Shown: piece after piece, positions 45,232 through 55,542 of the stretch
Layout: each line of letters opens with the position of its first letter
Numbering within the stretch: the stretch's first letter is position 1
DNA from: Solidesulfovibrio sp.
GTDB lineage: Bacteria; Desulfobacterota; Desulfovibrionia; Desulfovibrionales; Desulfovibrionaceae
Reading direction: 5' to 3'
Length of the DNA stretch: 64,000 nucleotides
Assembly (NCBI RefSeq): GCF_038562415.1
Contig: NZ_JBCFBA010000027.1
Location: forward strand, 1,847 to 65,846
Notes under the pieces: generated by a model
Seen by the model: the letters and a program-made list of their open reading frames with translations, nothing else
Databases searched by the model: none
Told to the model about the DNA's origin: nothing
Made by a program: the position numbers and the translations under genes

Positions 45232-46701
45232 CTAGAGCACCGGGTCCATGGGCAGGATGAAAAAGAAGTTGTTGCCGAGCGACGTGGCCTCGTAGCCTTC
45301 CACGCCGCCGTGCAGGCGCACCACCTCGCGGATGAAGTACAGGCCGTGGCCGGTGCCGTACTCGCCCGAGGCGTTCTCGCCGCGCACGCCCTCCTCGAAC
45401 AGGTGGGCGGCGGTTTCCGGCGGGATGGCCGGGCCGGAGGTGAAGACATTGAGCTTGATGCCGTCGCGGCCGGGGCCGAAATAGTTCTCCTTGCGCTCCC
45501 AGCCAAAGGAAATGAAACGCCGCTTGCGGCCCGACGGCTCGGTCACCTCGCGGGTGTATTTGACGGCGTTGGAAAAGAGGTTGGCATAGACCTGGCTGAC
45601 CAGGCCGATGTCCACCACCACCTCGATCTCCTGGTCCGGCACGCCGCCAAGGGAGGTGTCGATCTCGATGCCGCGCTCCTCGAACCGGGGCCGGTAGCGT
45701 TCGAGCTGCAGGTCGATGACCTGCTTCTTGAAGTTGCAGTTGCGCTTTTCCAGCACGTAGCGCCCTTCCTCGAAGTGGGAGCGGCGCAGCAGGGTTTCCA
45801 GAAACAGGCTCGTCTGCTCGTAGTGGGTCAGGATCTGGCGATACTGGTCCATGAGGCCTTCGTGAATGTAGCCGAGGTCGCGCAGGAGCTTGTCGTTGGC
45901 CTCGGACACGGGGTTGCCCGGGCCGGCCTCGGCCTCGAAGGACTGCTTGAGCTTCCATTCGAAGAACTTCAGCAGATCGATCTTGGAACGCAGGCGCTTG
46001 TAATAGAGCTTGAAATAGATGTTGGGCACGATGACGTTGTGCCCGATGTCCTTGACCAGGCTGCGGATGAACTGCAAATGCTCCTTGTTCTTGTTGGCCA
46101 GGATGCGGTTGTGCAGCTGGTAGCCGAAGCGGTTGGCGTAGCGTTCGAAAAACAGCCGGTCATGCTCGGAGAGCCCCGCCACGGGATAGATCTCCAGCAT
46201 GCCGAAGACGTCCTCCCGGGGCGTGAACGGCAGCTGGGAGATCAGTTCGTGGTTGCCCTTGATGGGGATTAAAAGCCGGCCCTCGCGTTCCACGGTCTTC
46301 TGGGGAAAGGGCAGGTCGGCCAGCTCGCCGGCGTCGGCCTCCAGGCACTGGTAGGCGCAGCGCCGGATGCTGCCGCTTTTGTTGTCGAGGACATAGAGGT
46401 TGCAGTCGATGTCGAAGAACATCTTGGGGATGAGCAGGCAGACGGCGTACAGGTGCTCCAGGGTGGGGAACTCCTGGGCCAAATCGAAGAAGATGTTGAG
46501 CGAGATGCTTTGCAAAGCCGTGAAGCCGTAGGCCTCGTAGTCGTCCATTTTCTGATGGACGCGGCGGGCCACCGCCTCCAGCACATGCCGGTCGAGCACG
46601 GAAGGATCGTCGGACGCGCCAAGGCTTAAGACCCGAAGCGTCTCGGAGACGTCCTTGGCGCTTTGCATGCGAGGCCTCCCGGATGCGATTTCTCCATCCA
46701 T
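45232..46701 (-). CDS. Sensor histidine kinase with atypical H-box (start 46701 or 46668)
   Basis: GAF-like N-terminus; KDIGHNVIVPN; NLFSNAVKY N-box; TSGPAIP; GTGHGLY. Confidence 0.8.
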   Translation of the reverse strand: MDGEIASGRPRMQSAKDVSETLRVLSLGASDDPSVLDRHVLEAVARRVHQKMDDYEAYGFTALQSISLNIFFDLAQEFPTLEHLYAVCLLIPKMFFDIDCNLYVLDNKSGSIRRCAYQCLEADAGELADLPFPQKTVEREGRLLIPIKGNHELISQLPFTPREDVFGMLEIYPVAGLSEHDRLFFERYANRFGYQLHNRILANKNKEHLQFIRSLVKDIGHNVIVPNIYFKLYYKRLRSKIDLLKFFEWKLKQSFEAEAGPGNPVSEANDKLLRDLGYIHEGLMDQYRQILTHYEQTSLFLETLLRRSHFEEGRYVLEKRNCNFKKQVIDLQLERYRPRFEERGIEIDTSLGGVPDQEIEVVVDIGLVSQVYANLFSNAVKYTREVTEPSGRKRRFISFGWERKENYFGPGRDGIKLNVFTSGPAIPPETAAHLFEEGVRGENASGEYGTGHGLYFIREVVRLHGGVEGYEATSLGNNFFFILPMDPVL

Positions 46702-46735
46702 ACCCGCGATATCCGGCGAAGACAATACGCGCGTT

Positions 46736-47440
46736 CTAGCCGATGCGGATTTCGATGGGACCCGGGCCGAAGCCCTTGAGTTCGCGCAGCATGCCTCGGA
46801 TGCCCGAGGACAGGATGCGCTCGACGAAGGGGTTGACCGTGAGCTGCCGGCCGCCGACATGGACGGTGAGGGCGACGGTGGTGGTGGCGCAGTCGCCGGG
46901 CGTGGCCTGGCCGGCAAGGATCTCGGCGGCCAGGGCGCCGCAGCTGTCGCGGCCGCAGGCGGCGCAGTCCAGCCCCGGCAGGGTGAAGCCCCGGGCCAGT
47001 ACCGCCTCGGCCACGGCCTCCACGGTCTCGAAATGGGGCAGCCCCGCGGCGCGCACGGGCCCGAAAACGCCCAGCACCAGCCCCGGGTCGGACAGCTCGG
47101 CCGCCTCGGCCGGATCGCGCAGCACCAGCACCCGGGGGCAGACGGCCTGATCGCGCCCGCCTTCCATGACCAGCACCTCGCCCTCGAGCAGGGCGATCAG
47201 GTCCGAAAGCTTGCGGGGATCGTTCCAGAACAGGGCGCTTTCCTTGCCGGCCAGGGCGCCCACGGTGCGGCAGTGGGGCAGGAAACGGCCGGTATCCGTA
47301 TCCTGCTTGTCGATATGCGCATTGTGCGTGCATTTGAGCGCGCAGGGCACCACGCCCCGACCGGCGAAATGCCCCACCAGGGCCTCGCACAAGGCCGTCT
47401 TGCCGGATTTCTTGAAGCCGAGAACCTGAACGCCTTTCAT
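46736..47440 (-). CDS. mobB: Molybdopterin-guanine dinucleotide biosynthesis protein B with C-terminal Fe-S-type Cys motif
   Basis: QVLGFKKSGKT P-loop, VLVMEGG, LDCAACGRDSC...C. Confidence 0.8.
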   Translation of the reverse strand: MKGVQVLGFKKSGKTALCEALVGHFAGRGVVPCALKCTHNAHIDKQDTDTGRFLPHCRTVGALAGKESALFWNDPRKLSDLIALLEGEVLVMEGGRDQAVCPRVLVLRDPAEAAELSDPGLVLGVFGPVRAAGLPHFETVEAVAEAVLARGFTLPGLDCAACGRDSCGALAAEILAGQATPGDCATTTVALTVHVGGRQLTVNPFVERILSSGIRGMLRELKGFGPGPIEIRIG

Positions 47441-48156
47441 GTCCGTTCCTCCTGAACGTTGCCGGATGGGGAAGGGGAATCCGTCGCCGCGTGGTCCGGC
47501 CGGCGGGCCGACCTGTCGAGGCGGCCCTCGCGCAGCCACAGGATGTCGTCGCTGATACCGTGCAGCCACTGCTGGTCGTGGCCGCTGATGACCAGGCTCG
47601 TGCCGTGCTCCCGGCGGGCCGCCACCACCGCCTGGCGCACCCGTTCGGCGCTGTCGCGGTCGAGGTTGGCCGTGGGCTCGTCGAGCAGCAGCACCCTGGG
47701 GCGCAGGGCCAGCCTGGCGGCCAGGGCCACCCGCTTGACCTCGCCCCCGGACAACTGGCGCCAGGAGCGGGAGGCGAACCGGGCCGGGTCCAGGCCGACC
47801 AGGGTGAGCGCCTCGTCCACGCGCTCCCGGATGTCCGGGGCGCGGCGCACGGCCAGGCCGTAGCCCACGTTGGCCCGCACCGAGCGCCGCAGCAGGTAGG
47901 GTTCCTGGGGAAAAGAGGTGACTTCGCCGCGCAGCTCGTCTTCCCGGCCAAGGGTCGGCCGGCCCAGGTAGCGCAACACCCCCTCGGCCGGGGGCTCCAG
48001 GAAGGCCAGCAGCCGCAGCAGCGTGCTTTTGCCGCCGCCGTTGGGTCCGGCCAGGCCCAGGATCACCCCGGCCGGGATGGTCAGCCGGTCGATGCACAGC
48101 ACCTCGCGGCCGGCGTAGCGCTGGCGGATGCCGGTCAGTTCGTACAGGGCGCTCAT
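47437..48156 (-). CDS. tupC: Tungstate ABC transporter ATPase
   Basis: GPNGGGKST, LSGGEVKR, LLLDEPTANLD; third gene after tupAB. Confidence 0.85.
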   Translation of the reverse strand: MSALYELTGIRQRYAGREVLCIDRLTIPAGVILGLAGPNGGGKSTLLRLLAFLEPPAEGVLRYLGRPTLGREDELRGEVTSFPQEPYLLRRSVRANVGYGLAVRRAPDIRERVDEALTLVGLDPARFASRSWRQLSGGEVKRVALAARLALRPRVLLLDEPTANLDRDSAERVRQAVVAARREHGTSLVISGHDQQWLHGISDDILWLREGRLDRSARRPDHAATDSPSPSGNVQEERT

Positions 48157-48848
48157 GCGGCGGACCTGCCCCGGCAGGCCGCGGCGGCCAGGTTGACGGC
48201 GAAGGCGATGACCATGAGCACGATGCCCAGGGCGATGCCCGTGGCGAATTCGCCCTTGCCGGTCTCCAGGGCGATGGCCGTGGTGATGGTGCGGGTGTCC
48301 CATTTGATGTTGCCGCCAAGCATCATGGAAATGCCGATTTCCGAGACGATGCGGCCGAAGGCGGCTGTTGCGGCCAGCAGCATGCCGAAGCGGGCCTCGG
48401 TGACGGTGGTCCAGAAGACGTGGCGCGGCTTGGCGCCGAGGGTCAGCAGCGTCGGGCGCAGCCTGGGGTCGAGGTTCTCCACGGCCTGGGCCGTCAGGGC
48501 GATGATCAGGGGCAGGCCCAGGATGGTCAGGCCCACGGCCATGCCCGGCACGGTGAACAACAGGCCCCACTCGCCCAGGGGGCCACGCCTGGAGATGAAG
48601 GCGTAGACCAGAAGGCCGATGACCACCGTGGGGAAGGACAGGAAGGTCTCGACCACGAGCCTGGCCGCCCGCCTGCCCGGAAAGTCGGCGTAACCGAGGA
48701 GAAACCCGGCCGGCGCGCCCAGCAGCAAGGCGGCGGCCATGGCCTCGAAGGTGACGGCCAGCGTGGTCCACACGGCGGAGAAGGTTTCCGGGTCGCCGTG
48801 AAAAAGCAGCAGCAGCGCCTGCCGCAATCCGTCGAGGATATAGTTCAT
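48153..48848 (-). CDS. tupB: Tungstate ABC transporter permease
   Basis: PTVVIGLLVY, AAFGRIVSEIG, TRTITTAIALETGKG. Confidence 0.88.
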   Translation of the reverse strand: MNYILDGLRQALLLLFHGDPETFSAVWTTLAVTFEAMAAALLLGAPAGFLLGYADFPGRRAARLVVETFLSFPTVVIGLLVYAFISRRGPLGEWGLLFTVPGMAVGLTILGLPLIIALTAQAVENLDPRLRPTLLTLGAKPRHVFWTTVTEARFGMLLAATAAFGRIVSEIGISMMLGGNIKWDTRTITTAIALETGKGEFATGIALGIVLMVIAFAVNLAAAACRGRSAA

Positions 48849-48911
48849 GGCGTCTGGCGTCGCGCGGCCGGGGCGCCCGATGCCGCCCCGGCCGTCGCGC
48901 GGGCCGCTGCG

Positions 48912-49754
48912 CTATTGCTTGGCGGCGTTGGGGGTGAACAGCTTCTTGCCCTTGAGGGTGAAATCGCCCACGACCTTCTGGCCTTTGGCCGAGGCCAGCC
49001 AGTTGCGGAACGTCTCGGCGGCCTCGAATTTGACGTTCTTGCACTTCTCGGGATTGACGGAAATGACGCTGTACTGGTTGAGCAGCGGCTTGTCGCCCGC
49101 AACCAGCACCACCAGGGCCGGCTTGCCCTTGGCCTGGTCCTCGTAGGCGATGTAGGTTCCCCGGTCGGCCAGGGTGTAGGCGCCGCGCTCGCCGGCCATG
49201 GTCATGGTCTGGAGCATGCCCTGGCCGGCCGAGGCGTACCAGGACTCCTTGTCCGGCAGGGGCAGGTTCGCCCCCTTCCACAGGGCCTGTTCCATCTTGT
49301 GGGTGCCGGAGTCGTCGCCGCGGCTGACGAACGGCGCCTTGGCGGCGGCGATGGCGGCCAGGGCCTCGGCGGTCGTCTTGCCCTTGACCTTGGCCGGATC
49401 GGCGGCCGGGCCGACGAGCACGAAGTCGTTGTACATGACCTCGGTACGGTTGAGCCCGCTCCCCTCTTCCACGAACTTTTTCTCCGCCGCCGGGGCGTGC
49501 ACGAGCAGCACGTCCACATCGCAGTTCTTGCCGTGCTCCAGGGCCTTGCCGGTGCCCACGGCCACCCATTTGAGTTCGATGCCGGTGTCTTTCCTGAAGG
49601 CCTCGGCCAGCACGGGCAGCAGGCCGGTGTCGTCGGTGCTGGTGGTGGTGGCCATCATGAGCGTGACGGACGGCTTTTGGGCCATGGCCGGGGCGGCGCA
49701 CAGGACGGCGGCCACCAACCCCACAACCAGCGCGCGGGCGGAAATGAAGCGCAT
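48912..49754 (-). CDS. tupA: Tungstate ABC transporter substrate-binding protein
   Basis: Signal peptide; ATTTSTDDTGLL (TupA TTTS motif), GTGKAL, SRGDDSGTH. Confidence 0.92.
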   Translation of the reverse strand: MRFISARALVVGLVAAVLCAAPAMAQKPSVTLMMATTTSTDDTGLLPVLAEAFRKDTGIELKWVAVGTGKALEHGKNCDVDVLLVHAPAAEKKFVEEGSGLNRTEVMYNDFVLVGPAADPAKVKGKTTAEALAAIAAAKAPFVSRGDDSGTHKMEQALWKGANLPLPDKESWYASAGQGMLQTMTMAGERGAYTLADRGTYIAYEDQAKGKPALVVLVAGDKPLLNQYSVISVNPEKCKNVKFEAAETFRNWLASAKGQKVVGDFTLKGKKLFTPNAAKQ

Positions 49755-49870
49755 GGGGATCCTCCTCTGTTTTGTTTGACTTAGCATAGCGATTACTATG
49801 GCATACCTTCCCTTACCCCACAAGGCGCCGCCAGAGGGGAAAACAGGGGGATCTTTTTTCGAAAACCGCC

Positions 49871-49897
49871 TAAAGGCTTTTCCCAAGCGGACGATAA
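49871..49897 (+). promoter_or_regulatory. Distal sigma28 promoter-like site
   Basis: TAAA-N15-GACGATAA. Confidence 0.55.
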
Positions 49898-50069
49898 GAG
49901 CGTCGACAAGCCGATCTTCTCGTTTTGTGATGCAAGTCGACTGCATCGCCAGACCTTCCCGTCAAATAATTCACTTTATTTCTTCAATTCGCGGGGATTT
50001 TCCAGCGGATGCGCGGATGTTTCGTCCTTTTCACGGATAAAACGAAAATTCTTTCTCATTATTTCGTCC

Positions 50070-50096
50070 TAAAGGCTTTCCCAGGAAGGCCGATAG
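50070..50096 (+). promoter_or_regulatory. Sigma28 (FliA) promoter of flagellin
   Basis: TAAA-N15-GCCGATAG. Confidence 0.85.
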
Positions 50097-50291
50097 GTGG
50101 GTCAAGCCGTCGCCATACCAGGCTGACTGCCAAGTGGTTCAAGGAGATGGAGGCTCACTACAATGTCAGTTCGACGGAGCAGGCCGGCGCAAGCCCAAAC
50201 CCAGGATAACGTCTTACCCCATGCCGCCGGCGAGCTCCTCGCCTTCATGGGAAACTAGCTGGATGCACACACTTTTCAAGGAGGAAAAGCC

Positions 50292-51185
50292 ATGTCTCTC
50301 GTGATCAACCACAACATGATGGCCGCCAACGCCGCCCGGAACCTGTCCAATTCCTACGGCGCCCTGGCCACCTCGACCCAACGTCTGTCTTCGGGCCTGC
50401 GGATCAACTCCTCGGCGGACGATGCCGCCGGCCTGGCCATTCGCGAACTCATGCGGTCGGATATTACGGCCATCAACCAGGGCGTGCGCAACGCCAACGA
50501 CGCCATCTCCATGATCCAGACGGCGGACGGCGCGCTGCAGGTCGTGGACGAAAAGCTCATCCGCATGAAGGAACTGGCCGAACAGGCGGCCACGGGCACC
50601 TACACCTCGGACCAGCGCCTGATCATCGACTCCGAATACCAGGCCATGGCCTCGGAAATCACCCGTATCGCCAACGCCACGGACTTCAACGGCATCTACC
50701 TGCTCAACGGCAACCTGTCCGGCGCGACCCACGACGGTTCCGGGGCCGTTTCGACCGGCAAGATGAAGGTGCACTTCGGTGCCGGCAACGCCAGCGCCGA
50801 GGACTACTACTACGTCCAGATCGGCACCTCCACGGCTTCGGCCCTGGGTGTGGGTATCGGCGCCGCCTCGGGCAAGGCCGGCCGCTCCATCTCCACCCAG
50901 CAGCAGGCCCAGGAAGCCCTGGAAGCCATCAAGACGGCCATCGTGTCCAAGGACAAGATCCGCGCCAACCTGGGCGCCTTGCAGAACCGGCTGGAGAACA
51001 CCATCTCCAACCTGCAGATCCAGGCCGAGAACCTGCAAGCCGCCGAGTCGCAGATCTCCGACGTGGACGTGGCCACGGAAATGACCCAGTTCGTGCGCGA
51101 ACAGATCCTGACCCAGTCGGCCATTGCCATGTTGTCCCAGGCCAACTCCCTGCCGAAGATGGCCATGCAGCTGATCGGCGGTTAA
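50292..51185 (+). CDS. fliC: Flagellin, 297 aa
   Basis: MSLVINHN, RLSSGLRINSSADDAAGLAI, RANLGALQNRL, SQISDVDVATEM, QANSLP. Confidence 0.97.
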   Translation: MSLVINHNMMAANAARNLSNSYGALATSTQRLSSGLRINSSADDAAGLAIRELMRSDITAINQGVRNANDAISMIQTADGALQVVDEKLIRMKELAEQAATGTYTSDQRLIIDSEYQAMASEITRIANATDFNGIYLLNGNLSGATHDGSGAVSTGKMKVHFGAGNASAEDYYYVQIGTSTASALGVGIGAASGKAGRSISTQQQAQEALEAIKTAIVSKDKIRANLGALQNRLENTISNLQIQAENLQAAESQISDVDVATEMTQFVREQILTQSAIAMLSQANSLPKMAMQLIGG

Positions 51186-51212
51186 TGACCGCAGGCCTCC
51201 TCCGAACCAGAC

Positions 51213-51244
51213 AGGCCGCCTCGGGAAACCGGGGCGGCCTTGTT
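51213..51244. terminator. Hairpin terminator between convergent fliC and LysR genes
   Basis: aggccgcctcgg-gaaa-ccggggcggcct-tgtt. Confidence 0.65.
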
Positions 51245-51260
51245 CATGACCGAGACCGCG

Positions 51261-52154
51261 TCACGAGAGCTCGCCGCAGGCGGCCAAAAACAGGCGCTGG
51301 GCCGGAAACATGTAGCGCCGGCCATGATAGACCACGTAGAATTCCCGCCGCATGGCCAGGCCGTCCACGGGCAACTGGACCACCGTCCCGCGTTCCAGGT
51401 AGGTGGCGGCGGCCATGCGCGAGACCACCGACACCCCCAGCCCCGCTTCCACGCACTGGAGCACGGCCACGGACGAATGGACCTGCAGCACCGTCCGCAG
51501 GTCCCGCATGTCCAGGCCCGATCGGATGAGCGCCTGCTCCAGGGCCAGGCGCGTGCCCGAACCGCTTTCGCGCATCACCCAGGGCAAGGCCGTCAGGCGG
51601 GCGCGCCAGTCCTGGTCCCCGGCCGCGGCGGCCACGAACCGGGGCGCGCCGATGAGCACGAGCTCGTCTTCCAGGATGGAGCGGCTGATCAACTCCGGCT
51701 GCAAGGCCGGCGCGCCGACGATGCCGACATGGATGCCCCCGTCGAGGACCTGGCCGATGATCTCCGAGGTGTCGCCGCCCAGGAGTTCGATGCGCACTTC
51801 CGGGTACTTCTCCAGAAAGCCGGCGACGAGCCGGGGAATGATGTACTGGGCCGGAATGGTGCTGCCGCCGATGAGCAGGTCCCCGGCCACGCGTTTGGAC
51901 AGGGCCAGGATATCGGCCTTGGCGTGGTCGAGCTGGCTGAAGATGGTGACGCAATAGCGGTACAGGACGTTGCCGGCCTGGGTGGGCAGGACGGTGCGGC
52001 CCAGCCGGTCGAAGAGCTGGGTGTCCAGTTCTTCTTCCAGGGCCATGACATGGGCGCTGATGGTGGGCTGGGAAAGCATCATTTCCTCCCCGGCCCGGGA
52101 AAAACTGCGCAGATCGTACACCTTGGCGAAGGCTTGCAGCCGGCGAACATCCAT
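51261..52154 (-). CDS. LysR family regulator (CysL/selenium-metabolism-associated type), 297 aa
   Basis: SFSRAGEEMMLSQPTISAHVMALEEEL, GGSTIPAQY, RESGSGTR. Confidence 0.9.
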   Translation of the reverse strand: MDVRRLQAFAKVYDLRSFSRAGEEMMLSQPTISAHVMALEEELDTQLFDRLGRTVLPTQAGNVLYRYCVTIFSQLDHAKADILALSKRVAGDLLIGGSTIPAQYIIPRLVAGFLEKYPEVRIELLGGDTSEIIGQVLDGGIHVGIVGAPALQPELISRSILEDELVLIGAPRFVAAAAGDQDWRARLTALPWVMRESGSGTRLALEQALIRSGLDMRDLRTVLQVHSSVAVLQCVEAGLGVSVVSRMAAATYLERGTVVQLPVDGLAMRREFYVVYHGRRYMFPAQRLFLAACGELS

Positions 52155-52170
52155 TGCCTACATCCACTCC

Positions 52171-52185
52171 ATAGATGAAAACTAT
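52171..52185. promoter_or_regulatory. LysR recognition site ATAG-N7-CTAT (autoregulation)
   Basis: atag-atgaaaa-ctat, a T-N11-A dyad 16 bp upstream of the LysR start. Confidence 0.6.
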
Positions 52186-52195
52186 AGGAAATGGC

Positions 52196-52226
52196 AAAAA
52201 AAAGGCAGGACCCGGGTCCTGCCTTT
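52196..52226 (-). terminator. Rho-independent terminator of the ribosomal protein operon
   Basis: aaaggcaggac-ccgg-gtcctgccttt stem with an 8-U tract on the minus strand. Confidence 0.85.
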
Positions 52227-52230
52227 GGGA

Positions 52231-52641
52231 TTATTCCTGCGTTTCCTGTGCCGGCTGGGCGGCGGCCGGGGCGGTTTCGCCAGCCGTCCGGGTCAGCTCG
52301 ATGATGGCCATGGCGGCACAGTCGCCGGCCCGGGGCAGGCCCATCTTGACCACCCGGGTATAGCCGCCGGGCTGGCCCCGGAAACGGGGGGCGATCTCGT
52401 TGAAGAGCCGGGCCACGAGCTGGTGGTTCTCCAGGACCTTGTAGACCAGGCGACGGGCGTGGACGCTGTCGGTCTGGGCCAGGGTCACCAGGTGCTCGAC
52501 GACGCCGCGCAGCTCCTTGGCCTTGTGTTCGGTGGTGCGGATGCGCTCGTGGATGAAAAGCGAGCGGGCCATATTGCGCAGCATGGCCTTCCGATGGGAG
52601 GCGTTCCTGCCGAATTTGCGTCCGGATTTCTTATGTCTCAT
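52231..52641 (-). CDS. rplQ: 50S ribosomal protein L17
   Basis: [23 protein letters not shown]. Confidence 0.98.
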   Translation of the reverse strand: MRHKKSGRKFGRNASHRKAMLRNMARSLFIHERIRTTEHKAKELRGVVEHLVTLAQTDSVHARRLVYKVLENHQLVARLFNEIAPRFRGQPGGYTRVVKMGLPRAGDCAAMAIIELTRTAGETAPAAAQPAQETQE

Positions 52642-53674
52642 CGACCTGCTTCCTCTTCAGCCATTCCTGATATTTTTGTTCGAAGTTCTCGATGCGCATG
52701 CCGAATTCGAGGCCCATGTCCTCAAGGACGCGGCGGATCTCCTCAAGGGATTTCTTGCCGAAGTTCTTGGTCTTGAGCATCTCGTTTTCGGTTTTCTGCA
52801 TCAGTTCGCCCACGGTCTGGATGTTGGCGGACTTGAGGCAGTTGGTGGCGCGCACGGAAAGCTCCAGTTCGTCGATGCTCTTAAACAGGCTCGGATTGAG
52901 TTCGATGTCGTCGCGGCGGCGCGCCTTGTCGGCCTCGGACTCCTTCTCGTCGAAATTGATGAAGACGGTGAGCTGGTCCTTGAGGATCTTGGCGCTGTAG
53001 GAGATGGCGTCCTCGGGACTGATCGAACCGTCGGTGGCGACGTCGAGGATGAGCTTGTCGTAGTTGGTCATCTGGCCGACACGGGCCTGCTCGATGGTGT
53101 AGGCGACCTTCTTGACCGGGGAGAAGCTGGCGTCAAGGAGGATCAGGCCGATTTCGGCGTCCAGGCCCTCGTGCATGTCCGCGGGCACGTAGCCCTTGCC
53201 CATGCGCACCTCGAGTTCGATGCGCAGTTCCCGGTCCTCGGACAGGGTGGCAATCAGCACGTCCTCGCTTAACACGGTGACGTTCTGGTTGCCCTGGATG
53301 GCGCTGGCCAGGACCTCGCCCTTCTGGTTGGCGACGAGGGTCAACCGTTGGGGGTCCTCGGTGGTCATGGCCAGCCGGACCTGCTTGAGGTTGAGGATGA
53401 TCTCGGTCACATCCTCGATGACACCCGGGATGGTGGAGAACTCGTGCTGGACGCCCTCGATGCGGGCGGCGACGATGGCCGCGCCCTGGAGCGAGGACAG
53501 CAACACCCGGCGCAGGGCATTGCCGAGCGTCGTACCGAAGCCGCGCTCCAGGGGCTCGCACACGAACCGACCCGTGGTGTCGGTCGAGCCCGGGTCGCGT
53601 TCGAGCTTGTCCGGCTTGACCAGTTCGGTCCAGTTGCGGGAGTTGATGAGCCTTTGGCCGTTACGAATCAACAT
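52631..53674 (-). CDS. rpoA: RNA polymerase alpha subunit
   Basis: [22 protein letters not shown]; [18 protein letters not shown]. Confidence 0.98.
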   Translation of the reverse strand: MLIRNGQRLINSRNWTELVKPDKLERDPGSTDTTGRFVCEPLERGFGTTLGNALRRVLLSSLQGAAIVAARIEGVQHEFSTIPGVIEDVTEIILNLKQVRLAMTTEDPQRLTLVANQKGEVLASAIQGNQNVTVLSEDVLIATLSEDRELRIELEVRMGKGYVPADMHEGLDAEIGLILLDASFSPVKKVAYTIEQARVGQMTNYDKLILDVATDGSISPEDAISYSAKILKDQLTVFINFDEKESEADKARRRDDIELNPSLFKSIDELELSVRATNCLKSANIQTVGELMQKTENEMLKTKNFGKKSLEEIRRVLEDMGLEFGMRIENFEQKYQEWLKRKQVDET

Positions 53675-53706
53675 GGCGTCACCTTATGCAAAGCGTACTT
53701 TGCCGA

Positions 53707-54333
53707 TTACTTGGAGTAGAGCTCGACGATGAGCTGCTCGTTGATCGGGAACTGCACGTCCTCGCGGGTGGGCAGCGCGTTGACCTTGCCCTTGAGCTTC
53801 TCGCCGTCCACCTCGAGCCAGGCCGGGCAGCCGCGGCGGGCGATGACCTGCTGGGCTTCCAGGATGATGGGGGACTGGCGGTTGCGCTCGCGCACTTCGA
53901 TGACGTCCCCGACCTTGACCTGCAGGGAGGGAACGTTCACACGACGGCCATTGAGGGTGAAAATGCCATGCCGCACGAGCTGGCGGGCCTGGTTGCGCGA
54001 ATTGGCGAAACCCAGGCGGTAGACGACGTTGTCCAGGCGGCGTTCGAGAAAGGACAGCAGGTTTTCGCCGGTGACGCCCTTTTTCTGGTCGGCGCGATGG
54101 AAGTAGGCGCGGAACTGCTCTTCCAGGATGCCGTACATGCGGCGGGTTTTCTGCTTCTCGCGCAGCTGGATGGCGTAGTCGCTCATCTTTTTGCGGATGC
54201 GGCCGTGCTGGCCGGGGGCGTAGGGGCGGCGTTCGTAGGCGCATTTGTCCGTGTAGCAACGGTCGCCCTTCAAAAACAGCTTGGCCCCTTCCCGGCGGCA
54301 AATCCGGCATTTCGCTTCTGTATAACGTGCCAA
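53707..54333 (-). CDS. rpsD: 30S ribosomal protein S4
   Basis: [29 protein letters not shown]. Confidence 0.98.
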   Translation of the reverse strand: MARYTEAKCRICRREGAKLFLKGDRCYTDKCAYERRPYAPGQHGRIRKKMSDYAIQLREKQKTRRMYGILEEQFRAYFHRADQKKGVTGENLLSFLERRLDNVVYRLGFANSRNQARQLVRHGIFTLNGRRVNVPSLQVKVGDVIEVRERNRQSPIILEAQQVIARRGCPAWLEVDGEKLKGKVNALPTREDVQFPINEQLIVELYSK

Positions 54334-54530
54334 GGTCGTTCCTCCTCAGTGCCGCGGGCCGTGGCGGCGAACTGCCGGCGCACCGTTTCCCGCTGGTTGT
54401 CCGTTTCGGCCTGTCGGGCGACGCGCGCCCCCGCGGCGATCCGAAAATCGATCCAGGCCCCGTGCGGAGCCTGGCCAGATAACATCAGTGTCCGCCGACG
54501 CCCCGAGGCGCCGGCGACTCCCCTGCCCGA

Positions 54531-54917
54531 TCAGACGCGACGCCGCTTGGGAGGCCGGCAGCCGTTGTGGGGGATGGGCGTGATATCGCGAATGTAGCTG
54601 ACCTTGAACCCGGCATTGTGGATGGCGCGCATGGCCGCCTCCCGACCGGAGCCCGGGCCCTTGACCAGGATGCCGACGGTGCGCATGCCGTTTTCCTGGG
54701 CCTTGCGGGCGGCGTTTTCGGCCGCGACCTGGGCGGCGAAGGGGGTGGACTTGCGCGACCCCTTGAAACCAGCGCCGCCGGAAGTGGCCCAGCTGACCAC
54801 GTTGCCCTTCTGGTCGGTGAAGGTCACGATGGTATTGTTAAACGAGGCCTGGATGTGGGCCACGCCCACGGGAATGTTCTTGCGTTCCTTTTTGCCGGTG
54901 CGGCGCGGTTTCGCCAT
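54531..54917 (-). CDS. rpsK: 30S ribosomal protein S11
   Basis: [24 protein letters not shown]. Confidence 0.98.
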   Translation of the reverse strand: MAKPRRTGKKERKNIPVGVAHIQASFNNTIVTFTDQKGNVVSWATSGGAGFKGSRKSTPFAAQVAAENAARKAQENGMRTVGILVKGPGSGREAAMRAIHNAGFKVSYIRDITPIPHNGCRPPKRRRV

Positions 54918-54986
54918 CACGTACTCCGAAAGCCCCGACGGGGCGTTTTACCATGTTGTATCGGTCTGACCCAAAAATGGGGAAGG

Positions 54987-55358
54987 CTACTTCTTTTTCT
55001 TGGCCATCACACCGCGACGCGGGCCCTTGCGGGTGCGCGAGTTGGTGTGGGTCCGCTGGCCCCGGCAAGGCAGGCCCCGGCGATGGCGCAGGCCGCGATA
55101 GCAGCCGATATCCATAAGGCGCTTGATGCTGGCGGTGACATCACGCCGCAGATCGCCCTCGACCTTGTGGTTGGCCTCGATTTCCTTGCGGATGGTGTTG
55201 GTTTCCTCGGGCGTGAGGGTATCGGAATTCTTGGTCCAATCCACCCCGGAGGCCTCAAGGATAATGCGGGCCGTGGTACGGCCGATACCATAGATGTAGG
55301 TAAGCGCGATATCCATCCGCTTGTTTTTGGGCAGGTCGACTCCCGCGATTCTGGCCAC
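54987..55358 (-). CDS. rpsM: 30S ribosomal protein S13
   Basis: [23 protein letters not shown]. Confidence 0.98.
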   Translation of the reverse strand: MARIAGVDLPKNKRMDIALTYIYGIGRTTARIILEASGVDWTKNSDTLTPEETNTIRKEIEANHKVEGDLRRDVTASIKRLMDIGCYRGLRHRRGLPCRGQRTHTNSRTRKGPRRGVMAKKKK

Positions 55359-55370
55359 GACGTTCCTCCG

Positions 55371-55484
55371 TTATCCCTGGCGCTGCTTGTGCCGGGGGTT
55401 CTCGCAGATCACCCGCACGATGCCGTGGCGACGGATGATTTTGCACTTGGGACAAAGTTTTTTCACCGAGGGTTTCACTTTCAT
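55371..55484 (-). CDS. rpmJ: 50S ribosomal protein L36 (Zn-binding type), 37 aa
   Basis: Hand translation [37 protein letters not shown]. Confidence 0.97.
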   Translation of the reverse strand: MKVKPSVKKLCPKCKIIRRHGIVRVICENPRHKQRQG

Positions 55485-55542
55485 GTCGCTCTCCGTCTCC
55501 TGGCGACGAAAACAACCGATGCCGCGCGCGGTATCGGTCGCA

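Noticed and set aside
49785-50047. Short dyads upstream of tupA (CATAG-N6-CTATG, GATGCA-N7-TGCATC, TTTCGT-N16-ACGAAA) as tungstate-regulator sites
   Set aside because: Arms are only 5-6 bp and I cannot match them reliably to a known motif without a PWM scan.
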